A stretch of DNA of 64,000 nucleotides. It comes from a bacterium (GTDB lineage Bacteria > Myxococcota_A > Polyangia > Nannocystales > Nannocystaceae). Where the stretch lies: the NCBI GenBank assembly GCA_024742475.1, contig JANSYI010000017.1, forward strand, positions 74,529 through 138,528, written 5' to 3'. Made by a program: the position numbers and the translations under genes. The notes under the pieces are model-generated. The model saw only the letters and a program-made list of their open reading frames with translations. It made no database searches and was not told the DNA's origin. Position 1 is the first letter of the stretch. Every line of letters begins with the position of its first letter. Of the stretch, positions 62,277 to 64,000 are shown piece by piece.

Positions 62277-64000
62277 CTAACGACGACGCTTGCGGCGGCG
62301 AAGCGCGGCGAGCCCGAAGAGGAAGCCGGCCGACCACAGCGCGCCGGTCTTCGAGTCGTCGGTCGTGCAGCCGCAGCCTTCGACGCCCGGCTCGGGCCCT
62401 TCGTCGACGTTGGCGCCCGGCTCGGGCGGCTCACCGTCCCAGCCGGCCTCGACGTTGTAGGAACGCAGCGCGGTGTTGATCGCCTCGGTGTTGTTCACCA
62501 GCATCATCGGCGCGCCCGCGGCAGGCATCTCGTCGACCTCCTCCTCCCAGAACTCGTCGCCACCGATGTTCGGCCACGGGTCGCCGGCGGGCACGTAGAC
62601 CTCACGGCCGTCGGGCAGCGTCCAGATGCTGTCACCGTTGCAGAGCTGTCGGTTCGTACCGGTGCGGATGTTGGTGACTTCCTCGAGGTCCGGGTTCATG
62701 TGGAACATCGGATCCTTGGTCATCTCGTCGGGCGAGATGGTCGTGTACATGCGGCTGAGGTAGTCGTGCGTGTCGAGGAGCCGCATCGCGTTCAAGCCCG
62801 GCTCGATCACCCGCTCGCGCAGCCTCGCGGCGAAGTCCATCCCGTCGTTCCAGACGTCGAGATCGATCTGGTCGGCGTACTCGGAGGGGTTGAAGTAGAA
62901 GTCCTGAGGGTCGACGCCCTCGGGGATGACGTAGTCGAGCAAGAGCCCATCGACCAGCGGGTGCGTGCCGGCGCAGAAGTCCTCGCCCGTGTTCGGGTCC
63001 CACCCGCAGGTGAAGAGGTTCTGGCTGGTCAGGGTCGAGATGACCTGCTCGGGGTCGAGCCCCTCGAACGCGTCTGCATTCCAGGTCTCCTGGTACACGC
63101 CAAAGGTCTGCACGACGTCGCTGGGTCCCGCGTACTCGGTGACGAACGCCCGACCATCGGCTTCGTCGGCATCGACAGCCCGCGTGATCACCTCTTTGTA
63201 GTTCGACGCCTGATTGGGCCAGTCGATCTTCAGAGGGTTGACGAGCACGTGCTTGTAGGTGCTCGGGACGACACGCTCGTCCGCGAGGAAGTAGGTGCGG
63301 ACGTCCATGTCGTCCACGGCCGCGATGCGGGTGAGGCGAAGGGGCACGCACGGCTCGGGGTGGTCGAACCGCAAGGCGATCGGGTGCAGCTCGTCCACCC
63401 CGGCGCCGCCGATGAGCTTGATCGCGATGAGGTCGTGGTCCTCTTGCAGGTACTCCTCGATGATCGGACGCGCGGCTTCGTCTTGCTGGTAGCCGTTCTC
63501 CTCGAGCCAGTCGAACACGGCCTGGGTGTTGAGCTCGCCCTCGGTCCCGATGACGGTGATCTCGAAAGCGCCCACCTGCTCGACCGCCTTGACGACCACG
63601 CCGCCGCCGTTGCCGTCGTCCCCCGTGGGGTCGCCAGCACCGGTACCACCGGCGCTATCCCCCGCGGTACCGAACCCTTGCGGATCGTCGAGGCTGCAGT
63701 CGTCGGGCTGGTTGGTGATGCCGTAGGTCGGAACCGTGGCCTGCTTGATCGCATCGAAGAGCGCCTGCGAGCCGACGTTGAACTCGGTCGGCACCGAGAG
63801 CGCCGGGATGACCCACGCGAAGTTCTCCGCCTCTCCTTCGTACTCGATGCGGATGTGCACCTCGACCTGGCCCTGGTCCATCACGAAGAGGATGTCCTCA
63901 CCGGTTTGGTCGACCGGCATGGGTTGTGGGCCACCGTCGCAGAAGAAGCCCCCGCAGGCTTCGGCCTCTTGGGGTGCTGCCATCAGCAGGGCGCCCGTCA
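62277..64000 (-). CDS. Secreted protein with N-terminal CGGFFC motif and MYXO-CTERM tail (5' end beyond window)
   Basis: The reading frame stays open to the window edge, where ...TGALLMAAPQEAEA/CGGFFC looks like a signal-peptide end. C-terminus is GCGCTTDD...ALWSAGFLFGLAALRRRKRRR. Confidence 0.7.
   Translation of the reverse strand, partial: TGALLMAAPQEAEACGGFFCDGGPQPMPVDQTGEDILFVMDQGQVEVHIRIEYEGEAENFAWVIPALSVPTEFNVGSQALFDAIKQATVPTYGITNQPDDCSLDDPQGFGTAGDSAGGTGAGDPTGDDGNGGGVVVKAVEQVGAFEITVIGTEGELNTQAVFDWLEENGYQQDEAARPIIEEYLQEDHDLIAIKLIGGAGVDELHPIALRFDHPEPCVPLRLTRIAAVDDMDVRTYFLADERVVPSTYKHVLVNPLKIDWPNQASNYKEVITRAVDADEADGRAFVTEYAGPSDVVQTFGVYQETWNADAFEGLDPEQVISTLTSQNLFTCGWDPNTGEDFCAGTHPLVDGLLLDYVIPEGVDPQDFYFNPSEYADQIDLDVWNDGMDFAARLRERVIEPGLNAMRLLDTHDYLSRMYTTISPDEMTKDPMFHMNPDLEEVTNIRTGTNRQLCNGDSIWTLPDGREVYVPAGDPWPNIGGDEFWEEEVDEMPAAGAPMMLVNNTEAINTALRSYNVEAGWDGEPPEPGANVDEGPEPGVEGCGCTTDDSKTGALWSAGFLFGLAALRRRKRRR

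Overview
This is a high-GC, GC3-rich chromosomal segment, almost certainly from a myxobacterium. The evidence is two MYXO-CTERM-type C-terminal sorting tails, a Glt/Agm-type gliding-machinery gene set, and many lipoproteins with acidic Asp/Gly/Thr linkers. No GC percentage was computed. All functional calls come from reading motifs in the supplied translations; no database search was run.

Layout:
- 1-9.6 kb, housekeeping: RNase E/G 3' end, PilZ protein, J-domain protein, two tandem Lys-tailed SAM methyltransferases, a lipoprotein, rimO, the rpsP-KH-rimM-trmD-rplS operon and yraN.
- 10.9-37.8 kb, Glt-like trans-envelope cluster: secreted TPR protein, GltD/AgmU-like (1269 aa), GltE/AglT-like, an inserted alpha/beta-hydrolase lipoprotein, a second GltE paralog, a small secreted protein, FHA-TM-TonB_C GltG/PglI-like, a TPR lipoprotein and a 3978-aa GltI/AgmK-like TPR giant.
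- 37.8-47.7 kb: PilT paralog with an extra N-terminal domain, MYXO-CTERM metzincin with a QExxH site, Cys-rich lipoprotein, a three-gene operon (membrane protein, FHA-GAF-cyclase, truncated hydantoinase-B-like protein) and a methyltransferase-like/coiled-coil protein.
- 47.7-49.7 kb: tRNA-Leu(CAG) and a class I lysyl-tRNA synthetase.
- 49.8-57.7 kb, amino-sugar/polysaccharide genes: DegT aminotransferase, Baeyer-Villiger monooxygenase, WbuB-like GT4, CapD/WbpM-type dehydratase, Wza-type exporter and PHP Tyr-phosphatase.
- 57.8-64 kb: beta-barrel plus lipoprotein pair, left-handed beta-helix protein, FHA-GGDEF, a membrane protein and a MYXO-CTERM secreted protein (5' end outside the window).

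The most unusual non-coding signal is a family of structured GC-rich repeats. Each has a conserved GGGGAACC-TCTC-GGTTCCCC hairpin plus a second hairpin whose sequence varies while its stem is maintained. The family forms a roughly 600-bp composite array at 23.8-24.4 kb and a second copy at 47.84-48.04 kb. Both sit directly after rho-independent terminators.

Many long ORFs in the supplied track are antisense or out-of-frame shadows of real genes and were not called.
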